DNA of 64,000 nt from Haliotis rufescens (lineage: Eukaryota), in assembly GCF_023055435.1 (NCBI RefSeq), contig NW_025964013.1, positions 3,286,001 through 3,350,000 on the forward strand, written 5' to 3'. Position 1 is the first letter of the stretch; each line of letters opens with the position of its first letter. The notes beneath the pieces were generated by a model. The model had not been told where the DNA came from. It made no database searches and was given only the letters and a program-made list of their open reading frames with translations. Below are positions 13,801-26,990 of the stretch, piece after piece. The position numbers and the translations under genes are program-made.

Positions 13801-14118
13801 ACACACAATTAGAATGAGATTCTCACAATGTGTTGTGACCTAAGTGACCACGGTGACCTGGTCTCAGTATACGTCGTGGCGTCCAGCGTGGTACTGTGAA
13901 TGTTTAAGCCGTATTTGTGTATACCGTGTGCCTTGCTGTCTTCCTGACAGTCAGTCAGTATATGGCACAGCCGCACGTTATTTGTGTGAACATATGCACG
14001 TATTGTACAGACAGAACTAATCTAGCTTGTATTGTGTGTGCTGTCTGTCCTCATTAAATTTTTATCCATGCATATACATGAATTGTTTGATAGGCATCAC
14101 TTAGTTGACGGATAACAA

Positions 14119-14268
14119 AGTAGACACAATTTATGGATAACAACTTCTTTAATACTGTAAAGGCGACGTTTCGGTGGAGAGATCCTTATACCGTTATCAA
14201 GCAAGACTGACTGCTCTACGTCACCTTTACAGTATTAAAGAAGTTGTTATCCATTAATTGTGTCTACT
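14119..14268. mobile_element. Penelope-like inverted terminal repeat relic with degenerate hammerhead core
   Basis: ~50-bp inverted arms (AGTAGACACAATTTATGGATAACAACTTCTTTAATACTGTAAAGG). Minus strand reads TTGATAACGGT...ACCGAAACGTC followed by ATTAAA. Partial second copy at ~25862-25932. Confidence 0.5.
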
Positions 14269-14611
14269 GTGTCATGCATATACATGTAGTTTCTTCTAGT
14301 CAACATAGTATTTGTGAGGTTTATATATACAGCATTAAGCAACAGAGCAACAAATATCTCCTATATTTGTCAGCACGGAATATGTGAACAGTGTACATGT
14401 CAAACCGCACGTTGTTGAGGTCTACACAGTGAAATAGACACATTACGTGTTTATCATTAATGTATGTCTTTATTAAAAGTGGTATGGTTTTTTTTTCAAT
14501 TGCTGTAAGCTGTACAACACCGACACTATTTGTGTCCATCTGTAATGAACAAGTGTTTATTTTCGACATACTTAAAACAGGACATGACACTTTTCATTCA
14601 TCGGGGGGTAC

Positions 14612-14842
14612 GGGTGGCCCAGTCGCCAAGGGCGCCGCAATTCGCTGTGCAGAGTTGTGTCCCTTAGGCACACCAGGAATCTATGACTGTGGGTTCGAAT
14701 CCCGATTCGCCCTCATTATGTTTCTAGGTTTGTCAGTCTGAGACCTGCATTACTTCGGGATTTCCTCCCACATTAAGCTGACACGCCGTGATATAACTGG
14801 AATACTGTTAAAAGCGGCGTGAAACCCAACTCACTCACTCAC
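14612..14842 (+). mobile_element. tRNA-derived SINE, family D (long A-B box spacing)
   Basis: GGGTGGCCCAGTCGCCAAGGGCG...GGGTTCGAATCCC and (CACT)n tail. Flanked by CACTTTTCAT(T/G)CATC direct repeats. Related copies near 11700-11810, 18780-18910, 30170-30398, 35275-35478 and 54657-54930. Confidence 0.85.
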
Positions 14843-17800
14843 TTTTCATGCATCAAATATACATGTACGGATATATATGCTTCGTTTCATGCTTGATAAT
14901 GGAACATTTAATGAAGTATGTAGATGCATATAATATCTTCAACGACCTGTATATCTAAATAACTATTGCCAGTCGCAGGTATGACGTATACATACATGTA
15001 TAAACATTCCAAAGAGTTTGTTCGTGACGAGTCAAACTGTTGATTTGTCTTTTCTCATTAAGTTAAGAAAGCCAACAGACTCGAATTTTGTTGTGATTTA
15101 CGAAAATGTTTCATGTTTTAAATACTAATTATAAACGATTCCGTTTTATAAGTGCCTGTGTATATATGTGTAGGTAATGTTTAAACATTGATGTTTTGTG
15201 ACTTTTACAATAAACATTTATTAACCATTCCTCATCGTTATTTCACTTCTGTTGAGAATGTGTGAGGCGCCCCTGGAACCATATCACAACTTACACAGGA
15301 CAAAATGTCCAGCTATGCACGCTTGTATATGCTTTGTATTGATGAGATACCCAAAGCCAAAACAATTTTGTAAATATATGATATACAAAGTAAAAACAAT
15401 TTAAACTTTGTAAAGATGATGTTTACAGAATTTTTTTTTTTTTGTATTACCCATGGGGTTAGAAATAATTGAGTTCATAAAAACCGAATGTGCAGAGGGG
15501 CAAATATGACTTCTCGCGCACCAGTGCATTGTGTACGTCATCCGAACGGCCTTGTTGACGTCATTCGATTCTTATTGTGATGTTTTAGCCAACGGAGCGG
15601 ATTGCATGGGCGGTGAAAGATTTTATAAATTATTATAATCACTTGAAAGTGTTGCATATTGTTTGTGATGAGCTGTCGGTTTAACGGTATGTGTGAATAG
15701 ATATCATATTCCGGTGCAATCGCCGTGGAATTTCGCTTATTACTACTTCATCACAACATTAAAATCAAGTTGAGCTCAGCTTAATACTGTTCGTATAGTA
15801 ACAAGCTACGACTGTAAATTGATTGTACAACAGACATAAGAAAATAAATAAAAATGTTACAAATATAAATTATTAACAAGGGGAATTTGAAGACTTATAC
15901 TTTTAAATACACTTTTTAGAACAAGAAATTGACTCATTGACATAATAAGATTTTATTGATATTTGTTACTTTTGTAAATGCAACATGTTGTTTTATATTT
16001 CCTTATCTACATGCCAAACAATTTCACAAACCACAAAACTTGCTTAAGGTTTAAAACAAATTCCCGATCTCTATGGTGAGATGCTCTGGTTATTGTACTA
16101 AGATGAAGCCAGTACCAATCCAAGTGAACAGTATGCAACCAAAAACATTATAATGGAACTGATGTTAGGCAAAGCAATCATATAAAACGTCTAAACTGAT
16201 GGTTATTAAGAATCTGACCGGTTGTCAACATAATGACGATATCAGTTGGCACACCCGTGGTATTTGAAGAATGAAAGTGGAATGTTCATACTTCAAAATG
16301 AACAGTTATTTTACAGATACAAGTTTACAAAAGGGACAGGGCGTCCACCGTTCAGAAACTTTGTTTGTAAACAGTAGCCGATAATCCCCGAGCTTCCTCC
16401 GCTCTGTTCGCCTTTCTTATTGTTCCCGTGCAGGCTTATCACGTGACCGGACCTTTCTCTTGATTGTAAATAAACGCACTTATTCTTAAATATTCTGAAC
16501 AGACATGAGACAGACTTATTTTATTAACGTGTAACGTGTTACAAAAGCGAGATATAAACATGTTCTTTGGCATATTAAAAAGTAACACCCAGCCATTAGG
16601 CTTATGAGACACAATAAAACATTAATTTATATACATTATATATGCAAGCCCTCCAGTGCGCTTTACATATTGTTTTTTTGCATAATTATATAGATATACC
16701 ATAGCGAGGTGCATGGCAATATAGCATTACACATCAGAGCGACCGTATCACGAGCTGTCCGTCGTATTTTAATTAGCCAAGGTGAGATATGGAATGTTAC
16801 CTTTGTTTGTCGAGAAAGGTAGATATTCCAAACCTTCCCTACCACTAGTGTAGAGGTTATGTAAATATTGTGATGGTGGTTTTGTGGAAGATAAACGTCA
16901 CTTTTTGCTCTTACGATAGGTGTTATATTTCTTGGGGGATATCATGTTTGCCTTGTATCGCCCCCTTATGTCTGTTATGTACACACAAGCGGTGATATAA
17001 GGTTTCTCCACTCCACACTATCTACACAAAAGGGCTGATATATGGCAAACCACGAGCCCCATAATGCCTGCAAGAGGATATATTGTGTAACTGCACATGC
17101 GGCAGTGGTGTGTGTATATATTTGTGAAGCTGCCAGCATTCGTTCAAGCGTATCACGTCTTTCTGTAAGTAATCAAGTCTTAACCAAAACCAAACAGTTG
17201 TTGATACAATGGTCCATGAATGACATTCACTGTCGGAGTACAGTGACACACACTCAGATTGGTCATACAGCTCTAACCTTGTTCGTACTGTGGTAAACGC
17301 GATGTATAAGTAGTATTTTTTTCTCGTGTATAGATAGGGTTTCTGGTCGTGCCCTGATTCAATGACACTGTTATCTTTGTTGACGTGTGTTTAAGAAGGT
17401 ATTATTCTTCCACTTGGCTATATATTACCCGACCAACGGAAACACAATCTTTCAATTAATCGCATTGTTATCTCCTTGTGAGTGTTTTCTTTTTTCGCCA
17501 TGTTCGCATTTGGAAACAAGGTTTTTTTAAGAGAGGGCGGTCGTGCGAAGGTGCAGGGTCTCACACGACGCTCTTACATCTTAACTACTGGACCTCGACG
17601 CTGGTGCGTGACTCTAATAGCAAGTTGCAAGGTCGTCTTCATGTAGAGATTGCTACACGCATGTCTGATACCATTTGCCTTACAATACATGTATGTTGCT
17701 TACAAAAAACCGTTTGACAGAAAAGGTATGTGACAGACGCGAGCACAGTACCCGTTTCTTACACCCGCACCAGTTTAGCAACGAGTCGACGCATATTATA

Positions 17801-18316
17801 TCTCTATGTACGATCGCAGAGACGCATTTATACATAACCCAACGGTCAAGAGTCATTTCATCCGGCTAACCGCTTACAATCTATACCTGGTGGGACCCTC
17901 CATGAAAAGGTTCCACCTCTATATGTGGATTATTAAGGCGATGGTGATAATGCAAACTACATAAGATTTAGTGAGCACCCTAAAGCCACAGAGTTTCGAT
18001 TCTGACGCAGTTGAAAACGGCTGAAACACGCGAAACGTATCAATGAATTACAATCAGCAAAGTAGTCCGTTAAAATCTGACCTCTGTTCACCATGGAGTA
18101 GCCAATCACGGACCTGATATTCGATCTCACACATGTTTGATACCAGTCATCTCAAATGGGTTTCTCACCCACAGGTGTGTAAGAATTCAAAATAACAATA
18201 ACAACTTGTGAACGTGACAGCTGCAAGGTCATCCTCGTATCATAATAACAATTACACGTGACGGTGACAGCTGCACCGTCGAAAAAAATGTCTCTTTTTC
18301 GTGTCACAATTGTTTC

Positions 18317-18455
18317 GAGTGAGTGAGTGAGTACGCTGCTTTTAACAATATCACGGCGGGGGACACCAGAAATAGGCTTCACACATTGCACCCTTGTCTG
18401 GAATCGAATCCGGGTCTTCGTCGTGACGAGCGAAAGCCTTAACCACAAGGCCACA
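18317..18455 (-). mobile_element. SINE family A copy
   Basis: Homologous to 5757-5920, with an internal deletion. Confidence 0.85.
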
Positions 18456-19489
18456 AGACTGAAAGTGTGAGGTACGGCGTTGGGAACATCCACTAATAAG
18501 TACTGAACAGATCGTAACGTGGTAAGTACCAAGCTGAAACGCGAAGGGTAACCAAGACATCGGTACTTACAAAACTAAATTGTGAAATAAGTAAATAATT
18601 ACACAAGATCAGTGAACAGCAAACAAATTATTTGGAAACATAGATGATTAGGTCTACACTCATAAAAGGCAACACAATGGCTCAAATACGTTGGCATCAA
18701 TAAAGGGCCATATTACACAAACGCTAAAGTGGCCATGTGGCGCGTGCTCCGTTCTTCAAATCAGGAAACAGTGATGGACTGGAGTTGGGTTTAACGCCGC
18801 TTGTCAGTATTCCAGTTATATCGCGGCGTGTCAGCTTAATGTGGAAGGAAAGCCCGAAGTGATGCAGGTCTCAGAAGTTTACCACTTCGGTGAAACCCAC
18901 GAGCACGGGAATGGAAACAGGCAGAACAGTTGATGGTGTCCGACAGGTACCCCGTACCCGTCCGCACTGTGCAAGTAGATTAGTCAGGTAGTAAATGGAG
19001 GCAGCGAATCGCTCTCTTCTCTCTCAAAAATAGGCACAGGCAGTCTTCTAGCTAGAAACTGCTACCTTACTGTTGGAGATTTAACGTGCGCTTTCCGACA
19101 TAATGCGTATTTCGCACAAGGTCGTCAACCTTTTTTTATTATTAATTTCTTTTATCGTCAAGCGTCTCACTGCAGATCTCTTTAGAAATACTGGGAGGGT
19201 AACGAAGGTGTCAATGCACAACTAAGGGAAGTCACTCTATATCACTAGCTGCCGTGGACATACAACTAATAAAAGCCGTCACAACAGCTGACGGCATTCT
19301 GTAGGTGTTTGAGTTGCTGCCACTCACATTCATCAGAAGCAAATTTACAATACATACCGCCACATAACCAGAATCATTACACATGTTTGTTTACCTCACA
19401 CTGCTGATACAGTTTTGTGAAATCCCAATTAGTTGTAAGACGTCTGTGTCCCTCACATGGGCTGTTAACTCGTCGGTAACCTTGGAAAC

Positions 19490-19667
19490 ATATGTGACCC
19501 GCCAAGAGAAAAGGGTCCTTGTGGGTGCTACTGTGAAGTCAAAAAGAAAAACAAGACGTTTGACGTCAACTTACTTCCGTAAATTTCGCCACGTGTGCGG
19601 ACTGTACAAAAAACCTTCTTATTTTAGACCATACGGTTCCTTCCTCATCTCATGGTGGGTCACATAT
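19490..19667. mobile_element. MITE just downstream of the TNF-like stop codon (probable 3' UTR)
   Basis: Terminal inverted repeats ATATGTGACCCGCCA / TGGTGGGTCACATAT. Confidence 0.65.
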
Positions 19668-19718
19668 ATTATAATTGGTAACGAATAACTCGTACAATAT
19701 GCGTAGTGGTAGATGTAA

Positions 19719-22700
19719 CTACACGAGAAACAGACCAAAGACGTTAGAAAGTGGAGAACCCCATGTGTCTATGTTTCCAGGGACACTTGACTGCACGGTG
19801 AGTCTGGTGTGTGGGTCAAGATAGAACGTTGCCCCCAGGGTACTGCTCAAGTAGGTGAGATGGCCCCTCCTGATGGAAGGGGTAGACAGGAGGTTCCTCA
19901 GCAGTGGGGTGGGAGCTTCACCCAGCTCGGCCATCCTCTGTTTCAACACGGTATGCAGGACCCGCCCACACGCCAGCTCCCTGACCCCTTCACCTCGGTA
20001 CAGGATCTGATAAAACCAACATGCACTTCTTTAACTGCATTGTCTTTCTCGAAATCATTAATTAGCGAAATCTCACAGTAGCGTAAACACGGGAGTAATG
20101 ATAAAAAATTGTTTTTGTTTTTTTCTTTAACGCCGCACTCAGCAATATTCCAACTTATATGACCTTGGTCTAGATCTGTAATCTAGTGATAGACATCATG
20201 AGCATCGATCCACGCAATTGGTATACGATGACATGCATTTACCAAATCAGCGAGCCTGACTACCCTGAGTCGCGTCTTACAACAAGCGTAGTCGCCTTTT
20301 ACGGCAACATGGGTTGCTGAAGACTTTTTCTGAACCGGATCTTCACAATTGTAATGATAATAGTGAGTGAATGAGTATGGTTTTATGCCGCTGTTACAAA
20401 TGCTCCAACAATGCGGCGAATATGCACAAAATACACGAATCACTAACTTACATCTGGAATAATACCGTTAGGAAGGCACGACACTAAGAACCGAGGATGC
20501 ACAATAAATATCCTCTATATGTTCTAAGGGCACAGGATTCGCAGTGGCATATGGCGAAGCAATTTGACCACTGTGCACTGCATGCATTAGCCTCACAAGC
20601 GTCCGTTGATCATAGGTTCGAATCCCGAACACGTCCCAATAATGGTCCATGTTTTGTCAGCACCATGCTTTTGTTTCACATGAAAGAGTGAGTGAGTATG
20701 GTTCTACACCGCTTTTAGCATTTTTCCAGCAATATCACGGCGGGGGACACCGGAAAATGGGCTTCACACATTGTACCCATGTCAGGAATCGAACCCAGGT
20801 CCTCGGCTACCCCACCGCCCCCTTTCCATATAAAGCTGACACGTCGTGATATAATTGAAATACTGCCATAGCGACGTCTATTCCTGCTCATACACCACTA
20901 CATCTTGTAATAACTGTACCTGGCTGTAGATGAAGTAGTAGCCACCGTGCGTCACCGTGAGGCTTCCATCGTCGTGTCCGACGTTGTTGCCGACGAAGGT
21001 GTTGTTGATGTCGTCTCTCCAGTTCAAAACAGGATCTGTATCTGTCGGTCCAGGTACTTAATGGTAAATATATGAATGTATTGCCACTGCCTTGGTACAT
21101 ATCAAATGATTTTATGTTGTTGTTTTGTGAGTTTGGGTTATTTATTTATGTCTTCATTAATTATTTAAATACGCTCTTACAAACACAGCACCTACCCAGA
21201 AAAGTACACACTCTGTTCCTTATTATGGAATTTAATCATGCAGTGTACGCTTAAACTGAACTGTCACTATGCCCCACTGAATTATACAACGTACATTTAA
21301 ACTGATCAAGAGTTACCATACACCACCCGTTCACAGAACTTGCTTACATGATACCTATTGTGAAACTGCAGTCAAACTCAGGATTAAATCATGCCAATGG
21401 TCTCTTTCGCATTATTTTTATCAATTAAAACAAATTTTGGTTTAGTTTATTCCTCAATATACACTATGTCCATACCTGTGTAGTTTGTGCGGGGATCAAT
21501 GACCAGATGTGCAGCTGCCTCCCCTAAACTGCCCTCCACGTCTGGAGATGCCGCCAGCCCCCGCGGATAGATGCTGCCTAGGGAGCAGAGACACACAGTA
21601 TACACAACTCATAATAATAGGCCATATTTATTGTGCATTTCCACACCACACAGGGGCATCAGTGTGCACTTAACAATCATTCTCAGTTCCTTGAAGAGAA
21701 TGCAACCCAAGCTGCCTGTTAGGCGGTTTTAGGTTAACATCACATCCTACCGGGTACCCATTCACTGATAGGTGAATAGAAGCACACTTCGAACAGAGGA
21801 GACACCACGTGTGTTACTAGTGCTTCAGTGTGGGGGCAGGACCAATGCCAAGAAAATCCCAGGAGCCAAGCAGCCGAAACGCGGTCACCCATCCAAGGAC
21901 TCTCCGCGACGGACGTTGCTTGAGTTCACCTGATTTGTGATCTGTGCGCTGTCTCTAGGACCACGTGCCACCAGTCATGCAGACTCATCCAAACATCCCA
22001 AGAGGAATGGAGTGCGGGTAAATGTCACAGCGAATAGATATACACAGTAACCGAAATAGAATAAGAAAGGTACGTACGGGTAACCAATTGAATTATTTAA
22101 ATGAAGGAAACGATCAATTTTACAAACCTGAATCTGTCTCCACAAACAGGGCATGAAGCTACAAATAAAGACGAAAATCATATTATCAAAGGTGAAGGTC
22201 ACATTCATGTTATGGCTGGACAATATGCACATGTATTCTCCGTTTTGTCTGCTATGTATTATTCACATAAAAAAAAATGCAGTTCCCGGTATCCAGATAC
22301 CTCCCGGATACCTCCGGACACTTACCCAAAACCCAGATAATGAACACAATATAACACGTAGTCGTATTTTCAGCATGGCAATAGCATATGCCCAAACCTT
22401 CTGTCACCTCCGTTTGTTTTCTACAGACCTCATATTGCTGCTTCATCACACATGCATATCGATCGCTTTCGCCACACTATTACCTCATATATTGTTAATA
22501 TTTCCAGAATATACAGCTTAATTAACTCGAAAGGATGCTAATTACAGTCCAGTGTACATGTTATCATCTACAGCGGTGCCCTACCTGTGCATCAATGACG
22601 TCAGAGGGTGTTCGTGTCGAGATGTTCCTCCCAGTCCGTGTGTAGAATACCAAGATGGCGACCGCAGCAGAAAGCAGGCAGACATTTGTAACCCCCAGTG

Positions 22701-22731
22701 CTGTCGCCACTCTAATGCCGTTCCTAAACAT
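19719..22731 (-). CDS. TNF ligand superfamily member (type II membrane protein, ~234 aa)
   Basis: complement(join(19719..20006,20920..21056,21476..21577,22128..22158,22585..22731)). All introns are GT-AG with consistent phases 0,1,1,0. An alternative in-frame acceptor at 21041 is possible. N-terminal TM anchor ALGVTNVCLLSAAVAILVFY. TNF homology domain motifs: EAAAHLV, PVLNW, DGSLTVTHGGYYFIYSQI, SSTLGATFYL, NVFGLFLV*. Confidence 0.88.
20117..20347 (-). mobile_element. SINE-like family B in the last intron of the TNF-like gene
   Basis: Homologous to 13528-13800. Confidence 0.8.
20687..20821 (-). mobile_element. SINE family A (internally deleted)
   Basis: Homologous to 5757-5920. Confidence 0.8.
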
Positions 22732-23457
22732 GGCGCATCCGACATGCACACAGTACAGCTATATGTCCGTAACGGTGTGTAGCATCACCGCCTAGAAAAG
22801 AAAGAGAAAGCGAAAGCTCCAACATTCCAGGTGCTGAAGTCACGTAAAATATAGTTGTGCGAATACTTCGATTATTCTCACGTAATTTCGATTACTCTCA
22901 CGTTATTTCAATTTTGTTTTAAAAAAATATAAATTTTGATATTTTTTATAGTTCTTGCATTATTATTTTCCGAAATTTCGATTATTTTTCATTATTTCAA
23001 TATTATTTTAAAAAGTCAAAATTTCACAAATATTTTTCGCTGCTTCTCGTGATTTCTCTTAATTTGAGTTTTAAAATAAAATCGAAATTACGAGAAAAAA
23101 TCCACATTTAATTTTTTTTTAAATTACATTGTAATAACAAGAAAATAATCGAAATTCTGAAAATAAAGTCGAAGTTACGAAACATCTAAAAGATATACAA
23201 GTCATTGAATTAACGCGAAATTTCGATCAGAAAAAAATATATTTATGCTATAAAATTGCAACCATTAGGTGTCGTACAAGAATACGTTTTCAGGTACCAT
23301 ACAAATCCTTGAAGTGTGGGAATCTATTACTCAGCTCTTCAATAGGTTGGTGACGAATGTTTAAATTGGCCAGACGGAAATTATATTTACCACATACATT
23401 TATGACCATAATATTCATAACTCTTTTTTTTGTCGCAAGTATCGCTATGTGCAAAGT

Positions 23458-23626
23458 GGGGCGGTCGGGTAGCCTAGTGGTTAAAGCGTTCGCTCGTCAC
23501 GCCGAAGACCCGGGTTCGATTCCCGACATGGGTACATTGTGTGAAGCCCATTTCTGGTGTCCCCCGCCTGATATTGAGGGAATATTGCTAAAAGCGGCGT
23601 AAAACCATACTCACTCACTCACTCAC
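23458..23626 (+). mobile_element. SINE family A, full length
   Basis: GGGGCGGTCGGGTAGCCTAGTGGTTAAAGCG...GGTTCGATTCC...(CACT)n. TSD CTATGTGCAAA on both sides. Confidence 0.92.
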
Positions 23627-24960
23627 TATGTGCAAAATACTGTGCTGTGAGTGGGTGACCGTGGAGGTTATAAAACGGTAATTATTCAATTAAAAAAACA
23701 AACTTCAGTAACCGAGTGAGACATTATTAAGGGACCATTTATTTACATATCTGTGTCTAAATGTTAGTATATTTCATAGACGTTTCTGCATTGTATTGCA
23801 GTCAATCAAGCCGCCAGCTCTACCTCAGTATTTGTGGCAATGGCACCCTGCAACTAGAACAAGTGTTAGAATATGAAACTAAGAACTAGAATATACTAGT
23901 CGTCCTCAATCCTCGAAACGAACAATAATCATTTTAACTCGGAACCTTTATTAAGATCCGGTATTGACAGTAATTCGGATTAGTAAGAGTCCGGTTTTGA
24001 CAGATTTCACGAAGGTATAACGACTGTCAAGTAAATCAAGATGAGAGCGACGTACCTCTACATGAGTGAACGTCCGTCAGTATTACAGGTTTGAACACAC
24101 CCGAGGAGTTATAAATTACTTAAACTGTAGCTGACATCAGACACGTTACGCAATGTCACAAATAGATGTAGTAAGAATCTTTAATAGACTCATGTGACAT
24201 GTGGTGACATTGCACAAACCTTTGTGAAATTACGTGTACTTCAAATCTTTCTTCCATTTGTACAACTTCAAAGGTTTGAATGTGAAGTTGTTAAATTGTT
24301 ATCGTTTATTTCAGATAACCATTTATCGGATCCTTCAAGGGTATAATACGATTGCCTAACAAGCGAACACACACACAACTGGTGTTGGTCGATGACGATC
24401 AATCACTACAATTGTACTGTTACAATCAGAAAAGGGGGCCTCATGGCCTGGTTTTCGGAGCAGGACATAACTGAACTTAACCCGCTAGGTCCGCAGCACT
24501 GAATATACGGAGAACGTTCTCCCTGTATCCACAAAGTGAATCTAAGACCATATTGCCAATTTGCGATATCAGTTCCTCGCACGAGCTTGGCAATCTAAGG
24601 GAGACAACTCTTTGAATATTGTAAACAATGATCACTGCAATCCGCATGAGGACAAAAGTCACATAATTTTGTTGGTTGTACCACGCATGCGCTGTGAACC
24701 TACACTGACGGGCAGAAGAAACTTTACCACATTAACAACGAAATTTCAAAAAAAGTAAAAACACAAGTACAAACTAAATCAATACAAAACACTTCGTCTA
24801 AACTCTATACAGGTTGTGTGATACACGTCCACGGCACATATTTATGTAAAAAATGCTAAAAAGGGAAAAACACGTGTCGCATGGGAAACCGAAACAGCAC
24901 GTGCATTCAGGGTACATAAGTGATACTTAGGGCGTATCTTCGCCCTATGAAGACCGGTAC

Positions 24961-25725
24961 TTGCGTACTTTGAATGTCCGGAATCGATTCCTGACAGTGA
25001 CGTCATCAGCGAGGAATCTCTTTAGGCATATGGCCAGGCGACTCAGGGCTCAAGGAATTAGGGCTAACATATCTTACAGAGGACAAGTATGGACAGCGCA
25101 GGATCGTCGACTGAGATTGAGATGGGCCCGTATTGTATGTCGTTGGCAGCGAAGTGACTCGCAGAGGATCGTCTGCACTGATGAAAGCCGGTTCTGTCTG
25201 CTCAGAGCTGATTCAAGACAACGTGTTAAACCGAAGGCGAGAACGAAAGGCGGCATGTTGCGTTCAGAAGTTCGTGCCGTAAGGTGGAGGGGGTGTTCTT
25301 GTGTGGGGAGTGTGTGGGCAGGAGAGAAAGCCGCTGGTCATCGTTATTGGTAATTTGACAGCTCAGCGGTACATGGATGACTATCTGTGTCCGATTGCCC
25401 TACCATTTCTACAACAGCATGACAATCAGCATGCCAACGCCAGACCCAAAACAGCCCGAATCGTACAGAACTTCCTTGCAGCCATCAACGTCAACGCGTT
25501 GTCGTTTCGATCCCAAGACATGTCCCCCATGGAACACTTCTGGGATGTCATGGATCTTCGTGTTCGACAGCGACCACATCCTCCAGCCAATCCACAAGAA
25601 CGGACCCAGGCGCTCCAATAAAAAAGGCGACGAATACCACGTGACGTGATCAGACGACTGACCTTTTCCTGTGCGCCGGGAAGTTTCTGTTGTGTTGTCG
25701 CAGGGGGTGGTCTACACGCTACTAA
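24961..25725 (+). mobile_element. Decayed Tc1-family transposase (pseudogene)
   Basis: Frameshifted motifs RLRWAR, IVCTDESRF, GNLTAQRY, QHDN..ARP, SQDMSPMEHFWD and terminal GG.TRY, typical of DD34E Tc1 transposases. Confidence 0.85.
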
Positions 25726-25947
25726 TGTGACGTGTCACTGAACGTGAGCGATTTTAGATATGTGTACCCTTTGTCCATGACGTTGAAAGCTTAGTAGCCC
25801 ACCATGGCAACTATCATGCCAGTATCGGATACTGTATGGCTGTTACTTTAGATATTGACATAGTAGACACAATTTTATGGATAACAACTTCTTTAATACT
25901 GTAAGAAGCGACGTTTCGGTACAGCAAGACTGAATGATTATTGCTTA

Positions 25948-26990
25948 TACCTATCAGTATCCTGTACATTGTGCACCATGGGGTGGTGGGATGGGAGAAA
26001 GGAGGCCGGTGGCGCTACTACCTATCAGTGTCCTGTACATTGTACACCATGGGGTGGTGGGATGGGAGAAAGGAGGCCGGTGGTGCTACTACCTATCAGT
26101 GTCCTGTACATTGTACACCATGGGGTGGTGGGATGGGAGAAAGGAGGCGGGGGGTGCTACTACCTATCAGTGTCCTGTACATTGTACACCATGGGGTGGT
26201 GGGATGGGAGAAAGGAGGCGGGGGGTGCTACTACCTATCAGTGTCCTGTACATTGTACACCATGGGGTGGTGGGATGGGAGAAAGGAGGCCGGTGGTGCT
26301 ACTACCTATCAGTGTCCTGTACATTGTACACCATGGGGTGGTGGGATGGGAGAAAGGAGGCGGGGGGTGCTACTACCTATCAGTGTCCTGTACATTGTAC
26401 ACCATGGGGTGGTGGGATGGGAGAAAGGAGGCGGGGGGTGCTACTACCTATCAGTGTCCTGTACATTGTACACCATGGGGTGGTAGGGGTGGGAGAGAGG
26501 AGGCCGGGGGTGCTACTACCTATCAGTGTCCTGTACATTGTACACCATGGGGTGGTGGGGGTGGGAGGGAGGAGGCGGAGGGTGCTGCTATCAGTGTCCT
26601 GTACATTGTACACCATGGGGGGGGGGGACGGGGGTGGGAGGGAGGAGGCGGAGGGTGCTACTATCAGTGTCCTGTACATTGTACACCAGGGGGGTGGGGG
26701 TGGGAGGGAGGAGGCGGAGGGTGCTGCTATCAGTGTCCTGTACATTGTACACCATGGGGTGGTGGGGGTGGGAGAAAGGAGGCCGGGGGTGCTACTACCT
26801 ATCAGTGGCCTGTACATTGTACACCATGGGGTGGTGGGGGTGGGAGAAAGGAGGCGGGGGGTGCTACTACCTATCAGTGTCCTGTACATTGTACACCATG
26901 GGGTGGTGGGGGTGGGAGGGAGGAGGCGGGGGGTGCTACTATCAGTGTCCTGTACATTGTACACCATGGGGGATGGGGGTGGGAGGGAGG
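25948..26990. repeat. ~71-bp G-rich minisatellite
   Basis: About 14-15 copies of CCTATCAGTGTCCTGTACATTGTACACCATGGGGTGGTGGGATGGGAGAAAGGAGGCGGGGGGTGCTACTA. Confidence 0.95.

Noticed and set aside
17042-17296. 84-aa ORF with an apparent GTAAGT donor
   Set aside because: The donor region resembles a decayed family B SINE, and no partner exon was found.
23458-23530. tRNA gene
   Set aside because: The tRNA-like head is followed by a SINE body, CACT tail and TSD, and occurs in many diverged copies.
25178-25200. CTGATGA hammerhead core
   Set aside because: Simply the TDESRF codons of the Tc1 transposase; no stem II/GAAA arrangement.
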